Below are positions 47,977-58,128 of a stretch of 64,000 nt of DNA, piece by piece. The notes beneath the pieces were generated by a model. That model ran no database searches, had not been told where the DNA came from, and saw nothing but the letters and a program-made list of their open reading frames with translations. Source of the DNA: Syntrophales bacterium (GTDB lineage: Bacteria > Desulfobacterota > Syntrophia > Syntrophales > UBA2210); the NCBI GenBank assembly GCA_963666365.2, contig CAXXNF010000002.1, positions 64,001-128,000 on the forward strand, in the 5' to 3' direction. A program made the position numbers and the translations under genes. Numbering within the stretch: the first letter of the stretch is position 1; the number at the start of each line of letters is the position of its first letter.

Positions 47977-48816
47977 ATGGAAGGATCACTCAGGGACAGG
48001 ACCGCCATAGTTACGGGATCGGGAAAGCGGACCGGTATCGGATACGCCATTGCGGAAAAGCTTGCGTCCCGGGGCGCCCACGTGGTGATCGCCGATCTGG
48101 GAGAGTTAGCTCAAAATGGGGGAAATCCGCTCAAGACGGGAACATGGGATGAAATGTGTGATATTGCGTCGGAGCTTACTGACAGCTTCGATGTCAAGAC
48201 GCTGGCCGCGCATCTCGATGTAACCGATCCCGATTCAATTGCCATGATGGTCGAGGCGGTCCGCAAGACCTTCGGCGCCGTCGATATTCTCTGCAACAAC
48301 GCCGGCGCCTCTTTCGGCGTGCCCAATGCCGTAATTTCCTATGATGAAGAGGCCTGGATGAGAACTATCGATGTAAACCTGCACGGTGTGTTCCGTGTGT
48401 CCCGGGCGGTCATTCCGCTGATGAGCGGACGTCCGGCAAGCATCATCAACACGGCATCGCGGGCGGGGAAAAAGCCTCCCCTGTTCAACGGGGCCTACGC
48501 CGTGGCCAAGGCAGGGGTCATCATGTTGACAAAGGTGATGGCGCTGGAGTGCGGAGGCATGGGCATCAGGGTCAATGCCGTATGTCCCGGCCAGATTTCC
48601 ACGGATCTGGAGAAGTGGCGCTTCGGCCTGGAGGCGCAGTTCTATGGGACTACTGTTGAGGAGCGGGAACGGCTGATGTGCGAGACGATTCCCCTCGGGC
48701 GGATAGGCACGCCCGAAGAGGTGGGCGATCTGGTGGCCTGGCTTGCATCGGATGAGTCATCCTATGTGACGGGACAGGCGGTCAATATTACGGGCGGTCA
48801 ACTGATGGAACTGTAG
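47977..48816 (+). CDS. Short-chain dehydrogenase/reductase
   Basis: TGSGKRTGIG, NNAG, YAVAK catalytic motif, IRVNAVCPG; ATG 47977 is the likely start. Confidence 0.95.
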   Translation: MEGSLRDRTAIVTGSGKRTGIGYAIAEKLASRGAHVVIADLGELAQNGGNPLKTGTWDEMCDIASELTDSFDVKTLAAHLDVTDPDSIAMMVEAVRKTFGAVDILCNNAGASFGVPNAVISYDEEAWMRTIDVNLHGVFRVSRAVIPLMSGRPASIINTASRAGKKPPLFNGAYAVAKAGVIMLTKVMALECGGMGIRVNAVCPGQISTDLEKWRFGLEAQFYGTTVEERERLMCETIPLGRIGTPEEVGDLVAWLASDESSYVTGQAVNITGGQLMEL

Positions 48817-48834
48817 AAAGAAGGAGGCATCGGA

Positions 48835-50529
48835 ATGGACGAGATTACCGGTGGAAGGCTTGCGGCCGAGGCCCTTGTAGAGAAGGGTGTTCGCTATGTC
48901 TTTACCATAAGTGGCGGCCATATTACCCCCATTTACGAGCACCTGGAGGCATCACCGGTGACGCTCTTCGACACCCGTCACGAACAGGCGGCCGTCTTTA
49001 TGGCCGAGGCCTGGGGACGGATGACGCGGAAGCCGGGAGTGGCCATGGTGACAGCGGGACCGGGCTTCACGAATGCCCTTTCGGGAATTGCCAATGCGCG
49101 GCTGGCCAATTCACCGCTGATTCTCATTTCCGGGTGCGTGGGACTTGAATCAGCTGAAAAACTCGACCTTCAGGACATGTGTCAGCTTCCGGTCATCAGT
49201 CCCATGGTAAAACGGGCCTTTGTGTGCCACCATGCCGAAAGAATTCCCGAATTCTTCGATCTTGCCTATCGGACCGCCGTGAGCGGGAGGCCCGGTCCGG
49301 TCTATCTGGAGCTTCCCGTAGACGTTCTCAATGCAAAAGCCGATCCAGCAAAGGTGAAGAAAATCAGCACCACTGTACCTTCCCGGCCTGCCGACTCGCA
49401 TCAGGCAGCGCAGCTTCTTGAGATGATTAATCACGCGACCCAGCCGATCATCATTGCCGGAAGCGGTGCCTGGTACGCCGATGCGGCGGGGGAACTGGTC
49501 CGCTTTGTCGAAAAGACGGGCATTCCCGTCTTTACCTCGTCGCTGGGCCGAGGGACCGTTCCCGACACCCACCCGCTCTGCTTCGAGTCATCGCTGCCGA
49601 TTCGTCCCGGTGCGGCCCTGATGGCCGCCATGAGCGCCGATCTCGTTATCTTTCTGGGAGCGCGGCTCGGGCTGTTCTATATTTTCGGGGATATTTTTCG
49701 AAAGGATGCCCGCATTGTCCAGGTGGACATAGCGCCTGAGGAAATCGGGCGAAACCGTTCGGTCGACCTCGCCGTGATGAGTGATGTCGGGGCGTTCCTT
49801 GCCGAATGCAACAGCCTTCCGGTCGCCGGCGGTACCGGCGGTGCGCCGGCATCGCAGTATAACGAGTGGGTTCTGATGCTGAAAAAGTCGGAAGCCGAAG
49901 GGAAGGCGCAGGCCGAACCGGACTGGAACAGCAATCATGTTCCCATCCATCCTCTTCGTCTTGCCCGGGAGATAAATAGTTTTATGAACCGGGATGATGA
50001 CATCGTTGTGGCCGATGGGGGGGACACTCAGATCTGGATGGCGATGACCCGTACGATTCCGCAGCCCGGCCATTATCTCGATTCGGGGCTCTACGGGTGC
50101 CTTGCCGTGGGAATTCCTTACGCCAACGCGGCGAAACTTCTCTATCCTGAAAAACGGGTCTGTCTCGTCATCGGCGATGGGTCGGTGGGGTTCAATTTTA
50201 TGGAATTTGAGGTTGCCATACGGCGTAAGCTCCCCATTGTTGTCGTGATAAGCAATGATCTCGGGTGGGGAATGATCCGCCACAGTCAGGAACTGCGCCT
50301 GGGCCACGCCATCAAGGAGGGAACCTATATAGGAGAGGTGAACTATCACCTGCTGGTAGAGGCCCTGGGAGGCAAGGGCCTGCGCGTGGACAGACCGGAA
50401 GATATACGCCCTGCGCTGGAAGAGGCCTTCGCTTCGGGCGTGACGACCTGTATCAACGTGATGACCGATCCCACCACGGTAAGTCCGGGAAGTGTGGCGC
50501 TTGCCAACCTGGGGTCCTACAAGGCGTAG
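48835..50529 (+). CDS. Thiamine-diphosphate enzyme (acetolactate synthase-like / 2-hydroxyacyl-CoA lyase-like)
   Basis: RHEQAAVFMAEAW, TAGPG, GRPGPVYLELP, GDG...N ThDP-binding motif; no ilvH/ilvC nearby. Confidence 0.92.
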   Translation: MDEITGGRLAAEALVEKGVRYVFTISGGHITPIYEHLEASPVTLFDTRHEQAAVFMAEAWGRMTRKPGVAMVTAGPGFTNALSGIANARLANSPLILISGCVGLESAEKLDLQDMCQLPVISPMVKRAFVCHHAERIPEFFDLAYRTAVSGRPGPVYLELPVDVLNAKADPAKVKKISTTVPSRPADSHQAAQLLEMINHATQPIIIAGSGAWYADAAGELVRFVEKTGIPVFTSSLGRGTVPDTHPLCFESSLPIRPGAALMAAMSADLVIFLGARLGLFYIFGDIFRKDARIVQVDIAPEEIGRNRSVDLAVMSDVGAFLAECNSLPVAGGTGGAPASQYNEWVLMLKKSEAEGKAQAEPDWNSNHVPIHPLRLAREINSFMNRDDDIVVADGGDTQIWMAMTRTIPQPGHYLDSGLYGCLAVGIPYANAAKLLYPEKRVCLVIGDGSVGFNFMEFEVAIRRKLPIVVVISNDLGWGMIRHSQELRLGHAIKEGTYIGEVNYHLLVEALGGKGLRVDRPEDIRPALEEAFASGVTTCINVMTDPTTVSPGSVALANLGSYKA

Positions 50530-50585
50530 GTAACAACAACGTGCACTGGGGCCGAGTTGCATGCCCGCAGAAAAGGAGGCGTATC

Positions 50586-51875
50586 ATGGGACAGGATACC
50601 ACCCCTGAAGGGTATCTGATTTCCAAGAAGTATTCCTACTACGTGTTTCTCCTTTTATTCTTGCTTTACATGTTCAACTATATTGACCGGATGGTGGTTG
50701 TTTCCATCTTCCCCTTCCTCCATGATGACTGGGGCCTTTCCGATACTCAGTGCGGTCTTCTTGTGTCGGCGGCCTACTGGGCCATCTTGATCTTCTCTCT
50801 GCCCTTTTCCATCCTTATCGACCGGTGGAGTCGCCGCAAGGCCATCGGAATTATGGCGGTCCTCTGGAGTGTGGCCACGGCGCTGTGCGGATGCGCGAGA
50901 AATTTTACCCAGCTTTTTACCGCCCGCGCGATAATCGGAATCGGCGAGGCAGGGTTTGCGCCGGGGGGGACGGCCGTCATATCGGCCATATTCCCTCAGG
51001 AAAAGCGGGCGCAGATTATGGGGCTCTGGAACGCCTCCATCCCCCTGGGAAGCGCCCTCGGCATTGCGCTTGGAGCGGTCATCGCCGAACACTGGGGGTG
51101 GCGCTATGCCTTCTGGGCCGTGGCGATTCCCGGATTGATCGCAGGATTTTTCTTTTACAGAATACGGGACTATAAGACGGTGAACCTTACCAGAACACTG
51201 GCGGGGGATGTGCGGGTATCAATGAGGGCGGGCGATATTGTTGCGGAGTTCATGAAAACACCGTCGCTTATTCTCACCTACCTGGCCTTTGCGGGAAATC
51301 TCTTTGTCACCACCTCACTGATGAGCTGGCTGCCCACTTATTTCCACCGGTACGAAGGGGTGTCCATGAGCAGGGCGGGCATGATGAGCGGCGTCGTAAT
51401 GGCACTCGCCGTTATCGGGGCGCCGCTGGGGGGAATGCTGGCCGATAGATGGCAGCAAACACGGTCAACGGCGCGGCTTCTCTTCAGTGCGCTGAGTTCA
51501 ACCCTGGCAGCGTGTATTTTTTTCGTGGCCTTTGCCTTTTTTGAAGGGACCGCTCAGTATGTGCTCTTTTTGCTCGGAGGGGTCGCGGTGGTGGCGTTTG
51601 TGCCCGCAGCGGCGGCGGTGACACAGGATGTGGTGCATCCGGGGCTGAGGGCCGTTTCATACAGCCTCTGCGTCATTGTGCAGCACATTCTGGGAAGCGC
51701 CGTCGGCCCCGTCTTTGTGGGCGCCGTGTCGGATCGGACAGATCTGAAAACAGGGCTTGTGATGGTACCTTCCTTTGCGGTCATCGCCGGTGTATTGTTT
51801 CTTGCGGGGTCTTTTTTCTATGATCGTGATCTGGCCAAGGTGGAAAAGATCGATATCACGGCGGAGGAGCAATGA
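50586..51875 (+). CDS. MFS transporter (spinster/ACS-like)
   Basis: FNYIDR, IDRWSRRK motif A, RAIIGIGEAG, about 12 hydrophobic segments; AGGAGG precedes ATG 50586. Confidence 0.93.
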   Translation: MGQDTTPEGYLISKKYSYYVFLLLFLLYMFNYIDRMVVVSIFPFLHDDWGLSDTQCGLLVSAAYWAILIFSLPFSILIDRWSRRKAIGIMAVLWSVATALCGCARNFTQLFTARAIIGIGEAGFAPGGTAVISAIFPQEKRAQIMGLWNASIPLGSALGIALGAVIAEHWGWRYAFWAVAIPGLIAGFFFYRIRDYKTVNLTRTLAGDVRVSMRAGDIVAEFMKTPSLILTYLAFAGNLFVTTSLMSWLPTYFHRYEGVSMSRAGMMSGVVMALAVIGAPLGGMLADRWQQTRSTARLLFSALSSTLAACIFFVAFAFFEGTAQYVLFLLGGVAVVAFVPAAAAVTQDVVHPGLRAVSYSLCVIVQHILGSAVGPVFVGAVSDRTDLKTGLVMVPSFAVIAGVLFLAGSFFYDRDLAKVEKIDITAEEQ

Positions 51876-53335
51876 TGCGGTCATTCGGGTTCAAAATCGG
51901 ATTCTTCCTGGCCGCCTTTCTGTGCATGACGATCATTATGCTGCTCCCCTCACCCGAACCGCTGCAACGCGCCGGCGAACAGATTCCTCTTGTCTGGCAG
52001 GCAAAGGCAACGCTCGCGCTCCTTATCGCCGCCATAATCCTCTGGATTACCGAGGTCATCCCCTTCAGTGTGACGGCCCTTCTCATTATGCTGCTGATTC
52101 CCGTTTTCGGGATTGAACCCTTCAAGGAGGTCATTCGTACAGGCTTCGGCAATCCGATCATTGCCTTTTTTATCGGCGTGCTTATTCTGTCGTCGGCCTT
52201 CAGCCGCTCCGGTTTCGGAAGCCGCTTGAGCTACCTCATCCTGTTTGTCACGGGATCGAAAACGAAAATGGTTATTCTGGGATTTCTCATTGCGGGCACG
52301 CTGCTTTCCATGTGGATTACCGATATGGCGGTGGCGGCGATCCTTATGCCTCTGGGCGCTGCCCTGCTCAGGAAGACCGGAGTGAAGCCGATGGAGAGTA
52401 ATTTCGGAAAGGCCCTGATGATCTCCTGCGCCTGGGGACCTCTCTTCGGAGGCATCGCCACTCCGGCGGGCTGCGGACCGAATCCTCTGGCCATAGGATT
52501 TCTCAGGGAGCTGGCCAAGATCGACATTACCTTTCTCCAGTGGATGGCGCTGGGGCTTCCCGCCGCGCTGCTGATGATTCCCGCGGGATGGCTTGTGCTG
52601 ATCTTTTTTTTTCCTCCTGAGATAGAGCGAATTCCGTTCGAGCGTCTCGAAATTCGCCATCGGCTTGCCGAGATGGGGCGCCTTCAGGTGAAGGAGCGAT
52701 GGACGCTGGTCATATTTCTTCTGACCATCGCAGGCTGGCTTTTGACCCCCTGTGTCGCATCCCTCACAGGGGGAAAAATTGCCATGCCCATGCAGGCGAT
52801 TGCCCTGGGTGGCGCAGTGCTTCTCTTTTTTCCCGGCATCGAGGTGCTTTCCTGGAAGGAGGCCCAGGCGGATGTGGACTGGGGTGGGATTGTGCTTATC
52901 TGTGCGGGAATTGCCATCGGCATGGCTGTCTATCATACGGGCGCGGCCCGGTGGCTCTCATGGGTGTTTCTGGGACCCCTGGTTCAATTGCCGGGCGTTG
53001 TCAGGGTGTTTGTCATTGTGGCCGGGGTAAGCGTGCTGCATCTGGCCTTTTCCAGCAATACCGTGACGGGAACGATTATTATTCCCCTGTTGATTGCCCT
53101 GGCCGCCGATCTTCACATCAATCCCTGGCTCATCTGTGCGCCGGCGGCCTTTTCGTCGTCCCTGGCCTTTATCCTGGTGACGGAAACGCCTACCAATGTG
53201 ATCCCCTATTCGGCGGGATACTTCGCCATCAGGGATATGGCCCGGGCGGGCATTGCCATGACACTGGCGGCCGCCCTGTGCGTGGGATTTTCCATACATG
53301 TCTTCGGCAGGCTGGGAGGCATATACGGGATGTAG
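51872..53335 (+). CDS. DASS/SLC13 anion:Na+ symporter
   Basis: LWITEVIPFSVTAL, LSMWITD, TPAGCGPN, FSSNT, ETPTNVI. Confidence 0.9.
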   Translation: MMRSFGFKIGFFLAAFLCMTIIMLLPSPEPLQRAGEQIPLVWQAKATLALLIAAIILWITEVIPFSVTALLIMLLIPVFGIEPFKEVIRTGFGNPIIAFFIGVLILSSAFSRSGFGSRLSYLILFVTGSKTKMVILGFLIAGTLLSMWITDMAVAAILMPLGAALLRKTGVKPMESNFGKALMISCAWGPLFGGIATPAGCGPNPLAIGFLRELAKIDITFLQWMALGLPAALLMIPAGWLVLIFFFPPEIERIPFERLEIRHRLAEMGRLQVKERWTLVIFLLTIAGWLLTPCVASLTGGKIAMPMQAIALGGAVLLFFPGIEVLSWKEAQADVDWGGIVLICAGIAIGMAVYHTGAARWLSWVFLGPLVQLPGVVRVFVIVAGVSVLHLAFSSNTVTGTIIIPLLIALAADLHINPWLICAPAAFSSSLAFILVTETPTNVIPYSAGYFAIRDMARAGIAMTLAAALCVGFSIHVFGRLGGIYGM

Positions 53336-53350
53336 GAAGGAGGCGCGGGC

Positions 53351-54376
53351 GTGATGAAAGCCGTTGTCTATGACAAAGAAAAAAAGCTGGTCCTTCGCGA
53401 AGTTCCCATGCCGGAACCTGGTGAAGGGGAGGTGCTGATTCGGGTGGCCGACTGCGGATTCTGCGGGTCCGACCACTCGATTATCGAGAGTGGAAGCCTG
53501 CAGGACGGCGTCATCGTGGGACACGAGGTAAGCGGCATTGCGGTGGAGGAGGGCGGAGGTGCACAAAGGGGTGCGCCGGAAAACCCTGTCATTATCCGTC
53601 CGACCTGGTGCGGTGTCTGCCGGGACTGTCGGGCCGGAAGGCCCTATCTCTGTCAGAGGGATCGGCGAACCATCGGTCTTGGCGATTACCCTGGAGGATT
53701 TGCCGAATACCTGAAAGTGGATCGGCGCATGCTGATTCCCGTTCCTGAGGGTGTGGATTCTCAAAATGCCGCACTGGCCGAGGCATTTGCCGCTTCGCTC
53801 CATGGCATCCGTGTGTCGGGGCGTGAAGGGGGGTCGGCCCTGGTAATCGGCGGAGGGGCCATCGGGCTTGCCCTTGTGCGGCTTCTTGCGCTTATGGGGT
53901 TCGGGCCGATTGTCCTTTCTGAGCCGGTGAAGGGGAAGCGGGATCTTGCCTGCAGTCTCGGCGCCCACGACACAATCGACCCCGTTGAGGAAAACGCGCT
54001 GCTCAAGGTGATGGAGCTTACCGGTGGCTGCGGGTTTGAGGCGGTATTTGAGTGCTCCGGTGCGAATGATGCCGTCGGGACAGCCATCGGTGCCGCCGCC
54101 AACGGCGGAACCGTGACCATCGTGAGCATCATTATGCACAACGTCGAGATTATGCCCCTGGCACTTAACTTCAAGGAGATCTGCCTCAGGGGATCTTACT
54201 CGAACACTCACGAGGAGAATATCCAGTGCCTTCAGTGGATGGCCGAAGGAAAACTTGACGGACGGCCTCTGATTACCGATGTGATCGCGCTGTCCGACCT
54301 TCCACGCGTCTATGATGAGCGCATACATGTGGGAAAGGCCATAAAGGTGATGATTGCAATAGGCGACGAGTTTTAG
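53351..54376 (+). CDS. Zn-dependent alcohol dehydrogenase (MDR family)
   Basis: CGFCGSD, GHE, CGVCRDC...C structural Zn, GGGAIG. Confidence 0.95.
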   Translation: MMKAVVYDKEKKLVLREVPMPEPGEGEVLIRVADCGFCGSDHSIIESGSLQDGVIVGHEVSGIAVEEGGGAQRGAPENPVIIRPTWCGVCRDCRAGRPYLCQRDRRTIGLGDYPGGFAEYLKVDRRMLIPVPEGVDSQNAALAEAFAASLHGIRVSGREGGSALVIGGGAIGLALVRLLALMGFGPIVLSEPVKGKRDLACSLGAHDTIDPVEENALLKVMELTGGCGFEAVFECSGANDAVGTAIGAAANGGTVTIVSIIMHNVEIMPLALNFKEICLRGSYSNTHEENIQCLQWMAEGKLDGRPLITDVIALSDLPRVYDERIHVGKAIKVMIAIGDEF

Positions 54377-54388
54377 GGAGACCGGTGC

Positions 54389-56266
54389 ATGAAGGGGTAC
54401 ATGGGAAAAATTCTCCTTGTGGATCTGACAACGCAACAGGTGGAATCACTGCCTCTTGAGGAGGAGCTTGCTCGGGCCTATCTGGGAGGAAATGGCCTGG
54501 CGGTGCGCCTGCTCCACGAACGTCTTTCCGCCGATGTCGAGCCATTGTCGAGGGAAAACGTAGTGGTTTTTGCGACGGGGCCCTTCAATGAGTCGCCTGT
54601 GTGGGGGACCGGGCGGGGGCACGTAGCGTCGCTTTCGCCGCTGACCGGCTTGTATATGGACTCAAATTTCGGCGGAAATTTTGCCTCCATGCTAAAACGT
54701 TCCGGCTTCGATGCGCTGGTGATCACGGGGGAGGCGTCAGTACCGGTCTACCTGAGAATTATCGCCGGCAATGCTTCCTTTCGGTCGGCACGGGATCTGT
54801 GGGGGATGAGAACGAAGGAATGCCGTGATATGCTGGCTGCACGGGAGGGGAAGGGAATTGAAAGCGCGATAATCGGTCCTGCCGGTGAACGGGGAGTGCT
54901 CTATGCGGGGATCATGTGCAGTGGATCGAGACAGAGCGCGGCCGGACGGGGAGGAATAGGGGCGGTTCTGGGAAAGAAAAAACTCAAGGCCGTGGTGGCA
55001 GGCGGAAAAGGCGCCATTGAGTGCGCCGACGGAGAAGGACTCAGGGCCTGGTTGAAGGAGCGTCTCCCCGGCGTCAGGCAGAAGGCGGCGCCTCTTTCCA
55101 CCATGGGAACCCCCTTTCTTGTCAATATTATAAATGCCAGGGGCATGCTTGCAACGAGGAACAACAGCCGGGAAATATTTGAAAAGGCCGATGCATTGAG
55201 CGGAGAGAGGATCCGTGACCATTTTCGCAGGAAAGACGTGGCCTGCCGGGGGTGTCCCGTCGCCTGCGGAAAACTTGTGAACGATTCCACCGGGAGACCG
55301 GTCAAGATGCCGGAGTATGAAACGCTCTATGCCATGGGATCCATGCTCGATAACGCAGATCTTCTCTCAATAATCGATGCCAATGCCATGTGCGACGAAG
55401 TGGGTATCGACACAATCAGCTTCGGCGTCACGCTTGCCTTCCTGATGGAATGTATGGAGCGCGACATCGTGTCGCCGCAGGAAGTGGACATGGAGATTGC
55501 CTTCGGCAGTGCCAGTGGACTTGCTGAACTGGTGCGCAGGACCGGCTATCGCGAAGGCGCTGCAGGCGAGCTTCTCGCGCTTGGCTCGGAGCGGTTGGCC
55601 CAAGGGTTCGGTGGCGACGCGCATAAATTCCTTTATACGCAGCAGGGTCTCGAAATGGCGGGCCATTCGGCCCGGGGGCTTCGGAATATGGGGCTCGCCT
55701 ACGCTACCTCGAACCGGGGTGGAAGCCATCATGACGCCCGGCCCAATTATGCGGGGGATGCACGAGATACGAGCTTTGAAAGGCAACCCGAATATTGCAT
55801 GGAAAGCGAGCACAACACGGCAATAGGAGATTCGCTGGTCATGTGTCGGTTTATTCAGGAGCGCCTCTTCGGAGCGCACTTGAACGAGGTCTATCTCTAC
55901 CCGCTGCGTGCGGTGACAGGCTGGGATGTGGGGCTTTCGGAGCTGCAACAAATCGCCGAAAGAATCTACACCCTGGAACGATTGATTAATGTGGCGAGGG
56001 GGGCAGATCGTGAGACCGTGCAACTTCCCTGGAGGGTGATGCATGAACCCATACCGGAAGGACCCAGTGCCGGCCGACACGTACCGCAGCATGAGCTTTT
56101 ATGTATGCTTGATCGATACTATGCCCTTCGCGGGTGGGATGGCAGGGGTATTCCCACGGCGAAGAAACTGAGGGAGCTCAATCTCTTACCATATGTACAG
56201 GATCAGTCATGGGATCGAAGGAACGAAGAGAACGGGAACGGGAACAACGGCGCGCTGAAATACTGA
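54389..56266 (+). CDS. aor: Aldehyde:ferredoxin oxidoreductase family (W/Mo)
   Basis: KGYMGKILLVDL, IGPAGE, AGRGGIGAVLGKKKLKA, CRGCPVAC, EYET, DEVGIDTIS. Confidence 0.93.
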   Translation: MKGYMGKILLVDLTTQQVESLPLEEELARAYLGGNGLAVRLLHERLSADVEPLSRENVVVFATGPFNESPVWGTGRGHVASLSPLTGLYMDSNFGGNFASMLKRSGFDALVITGEASVPVYLRIIAGNASFRSARDLWGMRTKECRDMLAAREGKGIESAIIGPAGERGVLYAGIMCSGSRQSAAGRGGIGAVLGKKKLKAVVAGGKGAIECADGEGLRAWLKERLPGVRQKAAPLSTMGTPFLVNIINARGMLATRNNSREIFEKADALSGERIRDHFRRKDVACRGCPVACGKLVNDSTGRPVKMPEYETLYAMGSMLDNADLLSIIDANAMCDEVGIDTISFGVTLAFLMECMERDIVSPQEVDMEIAFGSASGLAELVRRTGYREGAAGELLALGSERLAQGFGGDAHKFLYTQQGLEMAGHSARGLRNMGLAYATSNRGGSHHDARPNYAGDARDTSFERQPEYCMESEHNTAIGDSLVMCRFIQERLFGAHLNEVYLYPLRAVTGWDVGLSELQQIAERIYTLERLINVARGADRETVQLPWRVMHEPIPEGPSAGRHVPQHELLCMLDRYYALRGWDGRGIPTAKKLRELNLLPYVQDQSWDRRNEENGNGNNGALKY

Positions 56267-56820
56267 AAACAGCGAGAGAAATCCTTTTTAAAAAGGGGAT
56301 AGACGCAACTTCCATCAATGCAGTTGCGCGGAAGGCTGAACTCAGCGTCGGCACCATTTACCTTTATTTCGAGAACAAGGAGGCTCTTTTGGCGGCACTT
56401 CAGGAGGAGGGGCTCGATCTTCTCTACGACTGCATACGACAGGCGGAAAAGTCCGAACTTTCCCCTCGCGGGAAACTTCGCGCCATGGGGCTTGCCTATC
56501 TCGAGTTCAGCGAGCGGCACCGGAAGTATTTTGACGTAATCAATTATTTCCTGGTCTCGCCGAAGGTCATCTTTTCGCCTGTGCTTAAGGCACGGGTGGA
56601 CGAGCACGTCTCCTCCATCATCACATTGGTGGAAGAGGTGATGGGAGGAGATAAAACCGCCTGTAACGGAAGAGACCGCCGCCTCTGTGCATTCGTGTTC
56701 TGCACTGCACTTCATGGCATACTGCAATTCAAAAAGCTCCGAGAAACCGTGCTCGGAGGGGAGGAGTTCTGCACTTTCTATAGTTCCTGTCTCGAAAATA
56801 TCATCGACGGCATGCACTAA
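56209..56820 (+). CDS. TetR/AcrR-family transcriptional regulator
   Basis: ILKTAREILFKKGIDATSINAVARKAELSVGTIYLYFENKEAL; overlaps the aor 3' end. Confidence 0.95.
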   Translation: MGSKERREREREQRRAEILKTAREILFKKGIDATSINAVARKAELSVGTIYLYFENKEALLAALQEEGLDLLYDCIRQAEKSELSPRGKLRAMGLAYLEFSERHRKYFDVINYFLVSPKVIFSPVLKARVDEHVSSIITLVEEVMGGDKTACNGRDRRLCAFVFCTALHGILQFKKLRETVLGGEEFCTFYSSCLENIIDGMH

Positions 56821-57043
56821 TGCAGCCGAATCTTACATCAAAATAATCAGGAAAAACATTGTGCCCAGAATAAAACTTTGGCATACAATAGACACAGAAT
56901 CCGTCACGCAGTTCGCGTTAGTGGCTATAGGGGGAATATGCCGATTAATGGAGCGGTATGATGTCAGCATCTCCGTGGCTGCGTCGATATCAAAAATGTA
57001 TAACCAAGTTTCACACTCCAGTCAGTAAGAAAGGAGACAAGGG

Positions 57044-57856
57044 ATGAAACGGAAAAAGGTAGTGTTTGTCGTAAGCATATTGGTTTCGACATGCATAGCA
57101 ATCCTGTTGCAACCGTCCGTGAGGGCTCAGGAGGCAACCGGCACTGATAACACAGGGGTGGCGGTAGTGCGAGCTTATGGTCCCAGTGGTCCCGTTCCTG
57201 CGATGCAGGAAGCCGCAAAGGCATTTGAGAAAAAAAGGGGGATTCCTGTGGAAATCAGAGCTGGCGCTACACCGATATGGAAAGATCGGGCGATGAACGA
57301 TGCAGATTTGATCTTCAGCGGTTCACAGTGCATGATGACCGACTTTGTGCAGAAACAACTCCCCGGGCTGATCGACACATCGACGATCCTTACATTGTAC
57401 CTGCGTCCGTCTGCAATCCTTGTCCGCCCGGGCAATCCGAAAGGGATCAAAGGCATCAAGGATCTTGCCAAACCGGGGATTCGGGTTCTCGTGGTTCAGG
57501 GCGCCGGGCAGGTTGGCATGTGGGAAGATGTGGTCGGCCGAACGGGGAATGTCAAACTTCTAGAATCCGTGCGCCGTAATATCGGTTTCTTCGCATCAAA
57601 CAGTAATGAGGCAAAAAACCTATGGGCCAGCGATCCAACCTATGATGTATGGCTCGTCTGGACCATCTGGCAAAAAGAGAATCCCGATGCTGCCGATTTA
57701 ATTGAGATTGAACCGGGACACACAATCTATCGCTCTTGCGGCATTGCAGTCACAAACCGTTCGGAGAGAAAGGCATTGGGAAAGGAGTTTATCGATTTCC
57801 TTCAGTCTCCGGCGGGACAAACAATATTCGTGAAATGGGGCTGGCTGGCGCCATAG
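57044..57856 (+). CDS. AcfC/Paa/PEB3-like periplasmic anion-binding protein (ModA-like fold)
   Basis: Signal peptide; YGPSGPVPAM, ADLIFSGS, LYLRPSAILVRPGNPKGI, GAGQVGMWED. Confidence 0.85.
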   Translation: MKRKKVVFVVSILVSTCIAILLQPSVRAQEATGTDNTGVAVVRAYGPSGPVPAMQEAAKAFEKKRGIPVEIRAGATPIWKDRAMNDADLIFSGSQCMMTDFVQKQLPGLIDTSTILTLYLRPSAILVRPGNPKGIKGIKDLAKPGIRVLVVQGAGQVGMWEDVVGRTGNVKLLESVRRNIGFFASNSNEAKNLWASDPTYDVWLVWTIWQKENPDAADLIEIEPGHTIYRSCGIAVTNRSERKALGKEFIDFLQSPAGQTIFVKWGWLAP

Positions 57857-58128
57857 ACTGATTGGTTCCCTTTCGCTCAATCGCCGTGTTTCCTCTTTAA
57901 GAATTGTATCTGCCGAACGAGACAGCCGCCTAAGTACCTTTTCCGGCGATATTGAATCGCTTCTGGGTTGCCATGGGGAACATCCTGAAAGAGTGAAAAC
58001 GAATACTATGGTGAAGAGAAATTCTTCAGCTCTTCTGTGATGCAACATTTTCAAATCCGCTTTTTGCATACCCATGATAACCTTTCGTAAGTGTTTTCGT
58101 GGTGTGTGTCAAATACGTATACCCATAG

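Noticed and set aside
48835..50529. Calling the ThDP enzyme ilvB
   Set aside because: No regulatory subunit or branched-chain amino acid genes nearby; the context is catabolic.
57698..58075. Minus-strand ORF with lipobox-like FTLSGC
   Set aside because: Overlaps the AcfC-like gene by ~160 nt and has no recognisable domain; at most a gene remnant.
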